From Candidatus Krumholzibacteriota bacterium (GTDB lineage: Bacteria; Krumholzibacteriota; Krumholzibacteriia; LZORAL124-64-63), in the NCBI GenBank assembly GCA_039714075.1, contig JBDLKA010000044.1:1-26011 (forward strand): a stretch of 26,011 nucleotides of DNA, given 5' to 3'. Of this stretch, positions 1 through 8,964 are shown one piece after another; positions within the stretch are counted from its first letter, which is position 1; every line of letters begins with the position of its first letter. The position numbers were made by a program, and so were the translations under genes. A model generated the notes under the pieces. That model searched no databases. It was not told the DNA's origin and saw only the letters and a program-made list of their open reading frames with translations.

Positions 1-357
1 CAGATCGGTGACCCGGGTCAGGCCGCCGCCGATCGTGGCGATCCAGATGTTCTGCCCGGTCCAGACCATGTCGCTGATGACATTTCCGGACAGATCCTAG
101 CCCGAAGTCAATCTGGCGGCCGTCCGGCCGGTTACCCGGTCGAAAAGAATGATGCCGCCGCCGTCAAGACCCCGCAGCACCATTCCGCCGTGCTCGAGCA
201 GGGCCGTGGTATGCCCCGCGTGCAGAACCTGCTCGAATTCCGGGGCCGCCGCCGTGGCCGGACCGGCCGGCACAACTGTGGACAACAGTAGACAAAGCAG
301 CGGGAGGATCCCCGCCCCAAAGTTGAACCGATGATATCCGGTGTTGAAAATAATCAT
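1..357 (-). CDS. Secreted beta-propeller protein (two-component-regulator propeller / PorZ-like), 5' part. Interrupted by an in-frame TAG at 97-99 and runs off the window edge
   Basis: ATG at 357 overlaps the upstream stop (ATGA) with GAGGA upstream. It has a signal-peptide-like N-terminus (GILPLLCLLLSTVVPAGPATAAA) and a repeat GLDGGGIILFDRVTG. The same frame continues past the TAG as DLSGNVISDMVWTGQNIWIATIGGGLTRVTDL, matching the LsgNxIxD...lWIATxgGGL propeller repeat. Confidence 0.7.
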
Positions 358-2480
358 GGTCTGGAATCCTCTTCCCGGGAAACGTTCGGGGCGATATCCC
401 CGTCACTTGTGTGGCCGGCCGCATCGCCGCCGGTGCCCAGGGTGCCGAAGCCCCCCGGATCGTGCCAGAGCTGGCGCAATTGGGCGGTGAAATTCGTCGG
501 GGTCCGCGCCCAGGGACCGGTCAGTCCCGGAGCCTGAGGTTCGCCTCTCCAGAAGGCGAGCACTTCGCCCGGATCCTGCGGGGCGACGGCTCCGCCCGCG
601 GTGATGGGCCGGGGTCCGAAAAGGGCCAACCCACCGCGCAGCAGCGATCCGGCCAGGGCCCATTGCCAAGGCAGGGGCATCACCTTGCCGGCGTCCGACA
701 CCGCCAGGGTAAGCCAGGGATTGTGCCCCCACAGGTCCGCGGCCTGGACCCGGACCAGACGGCCCCGGCCCGCCGGCAGCAGAACCAGGCGGAACCAGAG
801 CCAGGGCAACAGCCCTGCCAGGCCCAACAGGAGACCCGCGAGCAGGGACAGGAGGCGGCCTCCCAGCACCCGGAAAGCGGCTCCACCCCCGGGGCTTTTC
901 ACCGCGCTCAGGGTGCTGCCGAAAACTTCGGCCCTGGCCCCGGCGGCCAGCAGCCAAACGTCCTGGACATGCCACCGGAGCCGGATCCGTTGGCGACGCA
1001 GGGCGGCCAGGGTGGTCCAGGCATCCTCGCCCCCACCGGGCCGATCCCAGAAAACGACCTGGGAAATCCGATAGCGCCGCACCACTTCGAGAATATCCGC
1101 GCGCCCGCCGAGGCAGGGAATGTCGCCCCGGCCCAGCGGCGCCTGCGAATGTTCGGCCTGTCCGTCGGCCAGGTAGCCGGCGACATCCACGCCCTGGTCC
1201 GCGAGGTTGCCGGCACCCGCAAGCCAGTCCCGGATGCGTCCGGGGTCCCCCGCCAGAAGGGTCCGTTCGAGGGAAAAGTATCCCTTTTCCAACCGCCGCA
1301 GGACCCGCTGGAAAAAGGAATCGCCCGCGGCGGTCGTCATCGCGAACAGGGGAATGAACAGCAGCAGGACCGCGCGGCTGATGACCTCGAGATGGCCGAG
1401 ATAGGTGCTGGCCATGAGCAGGACCGCCACGACACCCACCTGTTGCAGATGCTCCAGATGGGACCGTCCGCCGCGCCGCCGCCGCGGGCTGTAGCGACCC
1501 GTAAAGAGAAAGGTCAGGGTGGCCAGAAGCCAGGAGAACATCAGCAGCGGCAGGTATTCCGACACGGGGTACAGGGGTTCGGAGAACAGGCCGCCCATGG
1601 CCCCGCGCAGTCCGTACGCCAGGCCGAAAGCCGCGGCCAGACCCGTCATGTCCAGGGCCCACAGCAGAAAGACCAACAGGGGTTCCCGCCACTTCTTCAG
1701 CAGCCAGACGAATATCCCCCATTTCTCGTAGAAGGAGATCAGGCTGCCCAGATGCAGCCAGAACGATTTGCTGAACTTGCCCTGGGCGCTGCCGCGGCGG
1801 TGATGGTGCAGGAACCGGGCGTCCGGCGTGTACAGGACCTCGAAGCCCGCCTGCCACATGCGGAAGCACCAGTCCACATCCTCGAAGTAGAGGAAAAAAC
1901 GTTCATCCATGGGGCCGACCCGCTCCATGGCCGAGCGGCGCACCAGCAGGCATCCCCCGAGGACCCAGTCCACCGGGCGGGCGCTCTGATGGTCGAAATC
2001 CTCCATCAGGTGCCGGCGGACCGTTTCGCTGTTGGGAAAAATCCGACCCAGGAAAGTGCGCCGCAGAAGAAGTGTCTTCAGGGTGTAGAAGCGGCGGCAG
2101 GAATGCTGGAGGCTGCCGTCGGGATTCAGCAGCTGCGGCCCGACCATGCCGGCGCGCGGATGGGCGTCGGCAAACGACAGCAGCCGGTCGAGGGCCCCCG
2201 GTTCGACCACGATGTCGGGATTCAGAACCAGATAGTAGTCCGCCTCGACCTGGGCCATGCCCCGGTTGCAGCCGCGGGCGTACCCCACGTTTTCCTGGTT
2301 GAAGACCCACAGGCAGTCGGGATGGTTCCGGTGGACCTCGTCCAGACCCTTGTCGACCGAGGCATTGTCGACCACGACCACCTGGTGCTCATGGGCGGGA
2401 GCGCAGGCTTCCAGCGAAGCGAGACATTTGGCCAGGTCGCCGCTCGTATTGTAGTGGATGATGACGATGGCGAGTTTCAA
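354..2480 (-). CDS. GT2 glycosyltransferase fused to WcaJ/WbaP-like membrane and Rossmann-like (CoA-binding) regions and a degenerate sugar-transferase C-terminus (~708 aa)
   Basis: Start reassigned to TTG 2480 (GGAG 5 nt upstream; MKLAIVIIHYNT). GT2 motifs: VVDNAS, ENVGYARGCN, LNPDI, FFLYFEDVDWC. These are followed by about four hydrophobic helices, ERTLLAG...VDVAGYL...CLGGRADILEVVRRYRISQVVF, then LLRGGLALFGPRP and PGLTG. Confidence 0.85.
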   Translation of the reverse strand: MKLAIVIIHYNTSGDLAKCLASLEACAPAHEHQVVVVDNASVDKGLDEVHRNHPDCLWVFNQENVGYARGCNRGMAQVEADYYLVLNPDIVVEPGALDRLLSFADAHPRAGMVGPQLLNPDGSLQHSCRRFYTLKTLLLRRTFLGRIFPNSETVRRHLMEDFDHQSARPVDWVLGGCLLVRRSAMERVGPMDERFFLYFEDVDWCFRMWQAGFEVLYTPDARFLHHHRRGSAQGKFSKSFWLHLGSLISFYEKWGIFVWLLKKWREPLLVFLLWALDMTGLAAAFGLAYGLRGAMGGLFSEPLYPVSEYLPLLMFSWLLATLTFLFTGRYSPRRRRGGRSHLEHLQQVGVVAVLLMASTYLGHLEVISRAVLLLFIPLFAMTTAAGDSFFQRVLRRLEKGYFSLERTLLAGDPGRIRDWLAGAGNLADQGVDVAGYLADGQAEHSQAPLGRGDIPCLGGRADILEVVRRYRISQVVFWDRPGGGEDAWTTLAALRRQRIRLRWHVQDVWLLAAGARAEVFGSTLSAVKSPGGGAAFRVLGGRLLSLLAGLLLGLAGLLPWLWFRLVLLPAGRGRLVRVQAADLWGHNPWLTLAVSDAGKVMPLPWQWALAGSLLRGGLALFGPRPITAGGAVAPQDPGEVLAFWRGEPQAPGLTGPWARTPTNFTAQLRQLWHDPGGFGTLGTGGDAAGHTSDGDIAPNVSREEDSRP

Positions 2481-2509
2481 TGACACTCCAGAATGACGGG
2501 CCGGCGGCC

Positions 2510-3265
2510 TCAGGGAATCCGGCGCAGGCGCAGGGCCCAGACCATCCACATGGCTTCCACGATGATTTTCTTCGACATCTTCGAGACCCCCACCTGCCGG
2601 TCCACGAACATGATGGGGATTTCCTTGATCCGCAGTTTGCGCCGCCAGCAGTGATAGTTCATTTCGATCTGGAACGAGTACCCGTCGCTCTTGATCCTGT
2701 CCAGCGGCAGCATTTCCAGGGTCGTCCGCCGGAAACACTTGAAGCCCCCGGTCGAGTCCTTCAACGACATTCCGGTCACGAACCCCGCATAACGATTGGC
2801 GCCCACGCTGAGAACGAGCCGGCGCAGCGGCCAGTTGACCACCGTGATGCCGTGCAGATATCGGCTGCCCAGCACCAGGTCGTGGGTCTCGATTTCCTCC
2901 AGGAATTCGTTCAGGGCTTCGGGATCGTGGCTGAAGTCGGCGTCCATCTCGAACACCGCCTCGAAATCGGTGTTGGCCAGGATCCATTTGAAGGCCGCGA
3001 TGTAGGCCGCCCCCAGCCCCATCTTGTCCGGGCGTTCCAGGATCAGGATCCGGTCGCCGAATCCGGGCAGATTCTTGACGATATCCGCCGTCCCGTCGGG
3101 GGAATTGTCGTCCACCACCAGTACGCTCAGGCGTGGATCTCGCTCCAGGATGAGGGGCACCAGCCGGCCGATGTTGTCGGCTTCGTTGTAGGTCGGGACA
3201 ACGACCACCGCTTTGCGCAGGTTCAGGGGTTCGACAACCCGGTTGCCGTGTGAGCCATCATTCAT
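2510..3265 (-). CDS. Polyprenol monophosphomannose synthase (Dpm1/Ppm1-like GT2)
   Basis: Motifs VPTYNEADNI, VDDNSPDGT, KMGLGAAY, EMDADFSHDP, GSRY, DSTGGFKCF, GYSFQIEM, FVDRQVGVSKMS. The sugar specificity is inferred from the family. Confidence 0.9.
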   Translation of the reverse strand: MNDGSHGNRVVEPLNLRKAVVVVPTYNEADNIGRLVPLILERDPRLSVLVVDDNSPDGTADIVKNLPGFGDRILILERPDKMGLGAAYIAAFKWILANTDFEAVFEMDADFSHDPEALNEFLEEIETHDLVLGSRYLHGITVVNWPLRRLVLSVGANRYAGFVTGMSLKDSTGGFKCFRRTTLEMLPLDRIKSDGYSFQIEMNYHCWRRKLRIKEIPIMFVDRQVGVSKMSKKIIVEAMWMVWALRLRRIP

Positions 3266-5849
3266 CGATTGTACGTTCTCCGGTTTTCGCTCCCGACCGG
3301 AAGCGCCCCAGGGGAATCAGCAACAGGATGACCAGGATCACCCCGCTGAGCGATAGAGTCAATCCCGTGCGAACTGACGAGTCACCGAAATGGAAACGAA
3401 CCGTGTGATGACCCGCTTCCAGGGCCACGGCCCGCAGAACGAGATCGGCTTCAAGGAGTTCGGCGTCCCGGCCGTCGACCTGCACCCGCCAGCCCGGGGC
3501 CATCATGTCCGACAGCAAAAGCAGGGCCGGAACGGGGCTTTCGGTCTCCAGAACCACCTCGTTCAGGGAATCGAGGGTAAAAACAGGGCTTGGCAGGGCC
3601 GTGGCCGCCGATTCCGGGGCCGGATCCGGTGTCTCATCGAGATAGACAACGTCCGCCACCGGGATGGTTCCGGCTTGAATTCCGTCCAGAAACGGCTCCA
3701 GAGCGTCCTTTTCCGGCAACGAGGACACGGGCTGCCAGGCGGTCACCAGACGGGCCCGGGGCAGGGCCCCGCGATTCCGGTACAGCCAGGTCCTGCCCTG
3801 GTGGACGGGCTCGGGATCGAGATCGCAGCCGTGAGCCGCCAAAGTGCTGAATTCAGCTTCGCCGAAAGGCCCCCCGAAGGCAACCACGCTGCCGGCGAGC
3901 CAGGACGCCAGACGGCCCGCGGGCTCTTCGCTGAACAGGCGGCGCCGGATCGGTTCGTACCGGGCCAGCTTGGCCGGGTGGTATCCGCCCAGCGAGCGGA
4001 TCTCCGATACCATCCAGATGTTCTGTGCCCCCAGGCGCCCCAGAGGCCAGACCCTGTCGTGCCCGACGGCCTCATGAAGAATCTCCGCGGCGGGATCGGC
4101 GGGAATCTGGTCACGCCGCACATACGGCCGGCCCATGGTCGCGGCGGTCACCAGTCGGCCCCGCCCCGCAGCGTCCACCCCCACTTCATGCAACGACCGT
4201 TCGGGATGGACGATGCGCCGGTTGACCCCCATGTAGTCGACCACCACCAGCAGCACCAGGACCCAGACCAGGCCGTGCCGGCGGAAGCTGTCGTTGCGCA
4301 GGGAGTACCAGAAAGCGGCGCCGCAGGTCATCAGGATCAGACCGATGCGGATCAGGTCCGCCTGGTGCAACTGCCAGGCCTTCTGCAGCAGGATGCCGGG
4401 GGCCTGCCGCCCCGCCTCGGCCGCCAGCGCCGCCAGACCGGCCTGGTACGAACCCTGGAAGAGGGAGGCTGCGCCACCCAGCAAAAAGACCAGACCCACC
4501 AGACCCAGGACCCCGGGCAGAAAAACGGGCGGGAAAAAGGTAGCGGGTTCTTCCCGCCAGGAAGCCCCGCCCCGGGCGGCCAGGACGGCCACCGCGAAGG
4601 CCACCGTGATCAGGATCATGGAAGGGATCCTGAACTTGTTGAAGAACGGCAGCCAACCGTAAAGCCATTCGTAGAAACCGAAGCCGAATTTCCCCAGCGA
4701 AACCAGAATCGCCAGCAGGGACATCACGCCCAGAGCGGCGGTGAGGCTGCGGCCGCCCCGGCTCCAGGCCGCGACCGCCAGCAACAGCAGCATGACCCCG
4801 AAGTAGTTGGGATAATCGACGATCGCCATATGGCCCAGATAGGTGGCCTTGCCGAAGCCCGCCGCCGCCGGCAGGATGAAGGTGCCCATTTCCCGGGGAG
4901 CCAGGGACCAGCCGGTCGCATAATCCAGCCCCACGCCCCCACCGCCGGCGGTGTCCTGGCCGCGAATGGAAATGCCGGCATAATCGTGGACCGACACCAG
5001 AAGGATCCCGCCCACCAGAAAACCCAACCCGATACCCAGCACCATTAATCCCAGGCGCCGGGCCCTTACGCCGGCGGCCAGGGATCGCAAGTGAGCATCG
5101 AAGGGCCGGAAGGTGTTCCACAGGCCCAGCCACCCGGTGACCAGAAGGGTGTAATAGATGATCTGGGGATGGCCGCTGAGAATCTGGAGCCCCAGCAGAA
5201 GACCCGTCATGCCGACGGCGCGCCGGCCGCCCCCGTCGAATATTTTCAAGGCCCAACCTACGACCCAGGGCAGATACATGGCCGTAATGAGTTTCGACCC
5301 GTGGCCATGAACCCCCCAGGCGACGACCTTGGGAAACAGCAACCAGACCACCGCGCCGAGCACCAGGTACCCCACCGGCAGTTTCCAGCGCGACAACAGC
5401 CAGGCCATGCCCAGACCGCCCCACAACAGGTGGGTCAGCATCCAGGTCAGCGGCCCGAATCCGACCTTGTTCTGCAGGAAGTTGAACACCGTCGTCGGCG
5501 GATAGAGATACTTGACGTAGGAGAGGGAACCGAAGGTCGGCATGCCCGCGAAAAGATAGGGATTCCACAGGGGATATTGACCGTCGGCAAGAACCCTGTC
5601 CCCGACCTGTTCAAAGGCTTCGGCATTGCCGGCATCGGCGCTCCCGAAAATCTCGCCGTGAAAAACGGGCCCCGGGTAGAGCATCGCCAGCAGAAGCCAA
5701 AGCAGCCCTGAGATGAGTAGCCAGCGCCCCCACCCGCGGTCGGCTCCCCATTTCATGAACGGGGCGGTCATCCAGGCAGGTAGTGCGGACGATCGGTCCT
5801 GGTCCCCCGCCGGTGCGGCCGCCTTTTTCCTGGTGCTCTTTCTGGCCAA
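3258..5849 (-). CDS. YfhO-family multi-pass membrane glycosyltransferase (GT-C fold)
   Basis: Likely TTG start at 5849 (GGAG 7 nt upstream). Contains PLWNPYLFAGMP, GHPQIIYY, LPFFNKFRIPS, many TM helices, and the YfhO-type C-terminus LSDMMAPGWRVQVDG...RAVALEAGHHTVRFHF followed by a final TM helix. Confidence 0.85.
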   Translation of the reverse strand: MARKSTRKKAAAPAGDQDRSSALPAWMTAPFMKWGADRGWGRWLLISGLLWLLLAMLYPGPVFHGEIFGSADAGNAEAFEQVGDRVLADGQYPLWNPYLFAGMPTFGSLSYVKYLYPPTTVFNFLQNKVGFGPLTWMLTHLLWGGLGMAWLLSRWKLPVGYLVLGAVVWLLFPKVVAWGVHGHGSKLITAMYLPWVVGWALKIFDGGGRRAVGMTGLLLGLQILSGHPQIIYYTLLVTGWLGLWNTFRPFDAHLRSLAAGVRARRLGLMVLGIGLGFLVGGILLVSVHDYAGISIRGQDTAGGGGVGLDYATGWSLAPREMGTFILPAAAGFGKATYLGHMAIVDYPNYFGVMLLLLAVAAWSRGGRSLTAALGVMSLLAILVSLGKFGFGFYEWLYGWLPFFNKFRIPSMILITVAFAVAVLAARGGASWREEPATFFPPVFLPGVLGLVGLVFLLGGAASLFQGSYQAGLAALAAEAGRQAPGILLQKAWQLHQADLIRIGLILMTCGAAFWYSLRNDSFRRHGLVWVLVLLVVVDYMGVNRRIVHPERSLHEVGVDAAGRGRLVTAATMGRPYVRRDQIPADPAAEILHEAVGHDRVWPLGRLGAQNIWMVSEIRSLGGYHPAKLARYEPIRRRLFSEEPAGRLASWLAGSVVAFGGPFGEAEFSTLAAHGCDLDPEPVHQGRTWLYRNRGALPRARLVTAWQPVSSLPEKDALEPFLDGIQAGTIPVADVVYLDETPDPAPESAATALPSPVFTLDSLNEVVLETESPVPALLLLSDMMAPGWRVQVDGRDAELLEADLVLRAVALEAGHHTVRFHFGDSSVRTGLTLSLSGVILVILLLIPLGRFRSGAKTGERTIDE

Positions 5850-5989
5850 ATGGGTCTCCAACGGAAAATGCCGCCGAAATGGCCCGGAACCACTCCGAAC
5901 CAACTTGCGCGGGCTGCTGATTTGCATGACGAGAACCGATTCGAGCGCTCACCCCGCCTGACCTGGAACCATCAGGCGAAGTGGGCGTG

Positions 5990-6019
5990 ATGATATCACT
6001 TACCCGCCGCCGGTGTCCA
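5990..6019 (-). promoter_or_regulatory. Putative sigma70 promoter for the yfhO-like gene and downstream genes
   Basis: TGGACA-N18-TATCAT with an extended -10 TG, in the ~200 bp intergenic gap. Confidence 0.55.
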
Positions 6020-6051
6020 CCGTTCACCCGGGCGGCCGAAGCTGCGGTCGG

Positions 6052-6966
6052 TCAGTATTCCCGGCCCCGCATTTCATCGAGGGCACCCTGCAGGACCGCC
6101 AGGGCCGTGGCCAGCCGGCCGTGCACCAGATGCCAGCAGGCGTGCCCGCCCAGATACGCGGCCTGGGTCAGGACCAGGACCGGCCAGCGGCGGCGCGGCC
6201 AATGCTTGCGCAACAGGCGGATGTGGCTGCGGCTGCGCAACCAGACCTTGCGCGGACTGTGGCTGCCGACCGACGCGCTGACCTTGTGCAGCACCAGGGC
6301 CGAGGGTACATGGAGAATCCTTCCGCCCGCCTCGCCGATGCGCAGGGAATAATCCACGTCCTCGCCGTAGAAGAAAAAACCCTCATCCAACTCGCCCAAC
6401 TCCCGCAGAATGCCGGGCCGCAGCATCAGGGCACACCCGGTACCGTAGTCCACATACCGCGGGGCGGGATTCAGCCTGCCGGTCAGGCGCCGGATTCCGT
6501 GGTGCCGGATCCAGCCGTTCCAACGGCCCACCACGCCCCCGTCGTACCACGCCCGGGCCGGATCGGCCGCGTAGCAGATGCGCGGGGTGGCCGCCCAGGC
6601 GCTGTCGTCGGCCAACAACCCTTCGGTCAGGCGGCGCAGGCTTCCCCCCGGAACGATCGTATCGTTGTTCAGCAGCAGGATACAGCCGGGAAAGTCTTCG
6701 TCGAGCAGACGCCGCAGGGCGACATTGTTGCCGCCGGCCCAGCGCAGGTTCTCCCCCGTCTCGATGATTTCCACTTCCGGGTGATGCATGATGGTCCAGG
6801 CCACCGAATCGTCCTGCGACCCGTTGTCCACCATGATGATGCGCAGGGTGGGAAAACCGGAATCGCGCAGGGAGCCGAAACAGTCGGCCAGGTCCTGGCG
6901 CCCGTTCCAGTTGACCACGACCACGGCCAGTTCGCAGGGGTTCGCGGCTGAAACGGAATCAGACAC
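6052..6966 (-). CDS. GT2 family glycosyltransferase (rhamnosyltransferase-like subgroup)
   Basis: Motifs VVNWNG, VDNGSQD, ENLRWAGGNN, LLNND, TGCALM, FFFYGEDVDYS. The GTG start overlaps the upstream gene end. Confidence 0.88.
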   Translation of the reverse strand: MSDSVSAANPCELAVVVVNWNGRQDLADCFGSLRDSGFPTLRIIMVDNGSQDDSVAWTIMHHPEVEIIETGENLRWAGGNNVALRRLLDEDFPGCILLLNNDTIVPGGSLRRLTEGLLADDSAWAATPRICYAADPARAWYDGGVVGRWNGWIRHHGIRRLTGRLNPAPRYVDYGTGCALMLRPGILRELGELDEGFFFYGEDVDYSLRIGEAGGRILHVPSALVLHKVSASVGSHSPRKVWLRSRSHIRLLRKHWPRRRWPVLVLTQAAYLGGHACWHLVHGRLATALAVLQGALDEMRGREY

Positions 6967-7921
6967 GGCGGGCGATCCTGAATTCCTCTTCCGGCCGGCG
7001 GCCGGCGACCACCAGTTCGGCGATCAGTCCCAGGCTGATGAACTGCAGGGCCACCAGTATGAAGACCAGGCCCAGCAGCAGGATGGGCCGCAGGCGCAGG
7101 CCGTTGCCCAGCAACCACCAGATGAAGAAATAGAAGCTGATGCCCCCGCCGACGGCCATGAAACCCAGGCCGGCCCGGCCGAAAAAGTGCAGCGGGGAAG
7201 TACGGCGCGCATGCAGGAAATAGACCGTCAGCAGATCGAGGAATCCGTTGATGAACCGGGCCAGGCCATACTTGGTCTCGCCGTACTTGCGCGCGAAATG
7301 ACGCACCGGCATCTCGGTGACCCGGAAGCCGTCCAGATGGGCCAGGGCGGGCACGAAACGGTGCATCTCCCCGTACAGCTTGATCCGGCGGGTCACCTCG
7401 CGCCGGTAGGCCTTCAGGCCGCAGTTGTAGTCGTGGAGTTTCAGGCCGCACATCCGGCCGGTGAACCAGTTGAAGATCGTGCTGGTCCTGTTCTTGATGA
7501 AGCTGTCCTTGCGGTCCTGCTTCCAGCCCGACACCAGGTCCCAGCCCTGTTCGATCAGGGCCACCAGGGCGGGAATTTCCGCGGGGTCGTCCTGGAGATC
7601 GGCATCCATGGTGATGACCACCGGCGCGCTGGCGGCGCCGAAACCCGCGGCCAGGGCCGCCGCCTTGCCGAAATTCCGGCCCAGGGAAATGCCGTGGACC
7701 TGGGAGCGCGCGGCGGCCAGTTTTTCCACCACGGAAAAAGTTTCGTCGGTGCTGCCGTCGTCGATGATCCAGACTTCCCAGGTGCGGCCCATGCCGGAGA
7801 CGGCCTCGTCGATGCGGTCCACCAGTTCGGGCAGGGATTCGGCTTCGTTGAAAGCGGGCACGACCACGGCGATATCGCAGCGAAGCACATCTTCCGGGCG
7901 GGAAACTTGTGCGTGGTTCAT
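6959..7921 (-). CDS. ArnC/GtrB-like polyprenol-phosphate glycosyltransferase (GT2 with two C-terminal TM helices)
   Basis: Start reassigned to ATG 7921 (AGGAG RBS, ATGA overlap). Motifs VPAFNEAESL, DDGSTD, RNFGKAAA, MDADLQDDP, DYNCGLKAY, GEMHRF, plus two hydrophobic C-terminal segments. Confidence 0.88.
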   Translation of the reverse strand: MNHAQVSRPEDVLRCDIAVVVPAFNEAESLPELVDRIDEAVSGMGRTWEVWIIDDGSTDETFSVVEKLAAARSQVHGISLGRNFGKAAALAAGFGAASAPVVITMDADLQDDPAEIPALVALIEQGWDLVSGWKQDRKDSFIKNRTSTIFNWFTGRMCGLKLHDYNCGLKAYRREVTRRIKLYGEMHRFVPALAHLDGFRVTEMPVRHFARKYGETKYGLARFINGFLDLLTVYFLHARRTSPLHFFGRAGLGFMAVGGGISFYFFIWWLLGNGLRLRPILLLGLVFILVALQFISLGLIAELVVAGRRPEEEFRIARRV

Positions 7922-8964
7922 CCGAGTTTTCTCCTGGCAATGGCCCAGTCGACTTCCCGGGCCAGTCCCGTGGCGAAATCCACGGTGGGCCGGTAACCGA
8001 TGGCTGTTTCCACGAAGGTGCGGTCGGCGAAGGTGTCCCTGACGTCTCCCTTGGCCGTTTCCTGATATTCCACCCTGGCCTCGATCCCCGGGACCCTGTC
8101 CACCAGGATCTCCTGCAGCTGGGCGAGGGTGTCCCGGAACACCAGTCGGGCGCCCCCGCCGGTGTTGAAAACGGCCCAGTCCGGTTCCGCGGCCACCGCC
8201 AGCAGATTGGACCGGACGGCATCGGCCACGTAGGTGAAATCCCTGGTCTGGTTCCCGTCCCCGTACACCTGGAACGTCCGGCCGTCCAGGGCCGCTTCGA
8301 TGTACTTGCGGAAGGCCATGTCCGGCCGCTGCCGGGGCCCGTAGACGGTGAAATACCTCAGGCTGCTGGTGGGCACCCCGAAGTTCATGGCATAAAGCAC
8401 GCAGAGGTGTTCGGCGGCCATCTTGGTCACCCCGTAGGGCGACCGCGGTTGGGGCAGGGCCTGCTCGTTCACCGGCAGGGAGGATTGGTCGCCGTAAACG
8501 GAACTGCTGCTGGAATAGACGAACCGCACCAGGGTGTCCCGGACGGTCTCGTGCCGGCAGGCCTCGAGCAGACGCTGACTGGCCATGACGTTGCTGCCGA
8601 GATATTCCTGGAAATAGTCGCCCCAACTGGCCCTCACTCCGGCCTGGGCGGCCAGGTGGAAACACGCCGTCTTGCCCTGCAGCAGGGCCACGGCATCCAG
8701 TTCCTGGAGATCGGCTTCCAGAAAGGTGAACCGGTCGTCATCCAGGAAGCCCGCCATGTTTTCGCGTTTGAGCGAGATGTCGTAATAGTCGGTCAGGCAA
8801 TCGACACCCGTTACCACGCAGCCCAGGGCCAGCAGGGCTTCGGTCAAGGTGCTGCCAATGAATCCCGCGCAACCGGTCACGACCACCGGTGCGCCCGGCT
8901 TCAGGATTTCCACCACCCGGTCCGGCAGTGGGGAAATCGTATCGGTGAGCTCAATTCCCTCCAT
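7918..8964 (-). CDS. NAD-dependent nucleotide-sugar epimerase/dehydratase (UDP-glucuronate 4-epimerase-like extended SDR)
   Basis: Motifs VTGCAGFIG, HLAAQAGVR, SSSSVYG, YGVTK (YxxxK), LRYFTVYGPRQRPDMAF, RDFTYVAD, GDVRDT. Probable start is ATG 8964. Confidence 0.9.
   Translation of the reverse strand: MEGIELTDTISPLPDRVVEILKPGAPVVVTGCAGFIGSTLTEALLALGCVVTGVDCLTDYYDISLKRENMAGFLDDDRFTFLEADLQELDAVALLQGKTACFHLAAQAGVRASWGDYFQEYLGSNVMASQRLLEACRHETVRDTLVRFVYSSSSSVYGDQSSLPVNEQALPQPRSPYGVTKMAAEHLCVLYAMNFGVPTSSLRYFTVYGPRQRPDMAFRKYIEAALDGRTFQVYGDGNQTRDFTYVADAVRSNLLAVAAEPDWAVFNTGGGARLVFRDTLAQLQEILVDRVPGIEARVEYQETAKGDVRDTFADRTFVETAIGYRPTVDFATGLAREVDWAIARRKLG

Noticed and set aside
2481..2987. N-terminal 169 aa of the 877-aa ORF, and the similar extensions on ORFs 6959-8665, 12828-14258, 22863-23357 and 23224-24720
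   Set aside because: They overlap upstream genes in another frame and have R/G/P-rich composition. RBS-supported starts lie at the domain boundaries.
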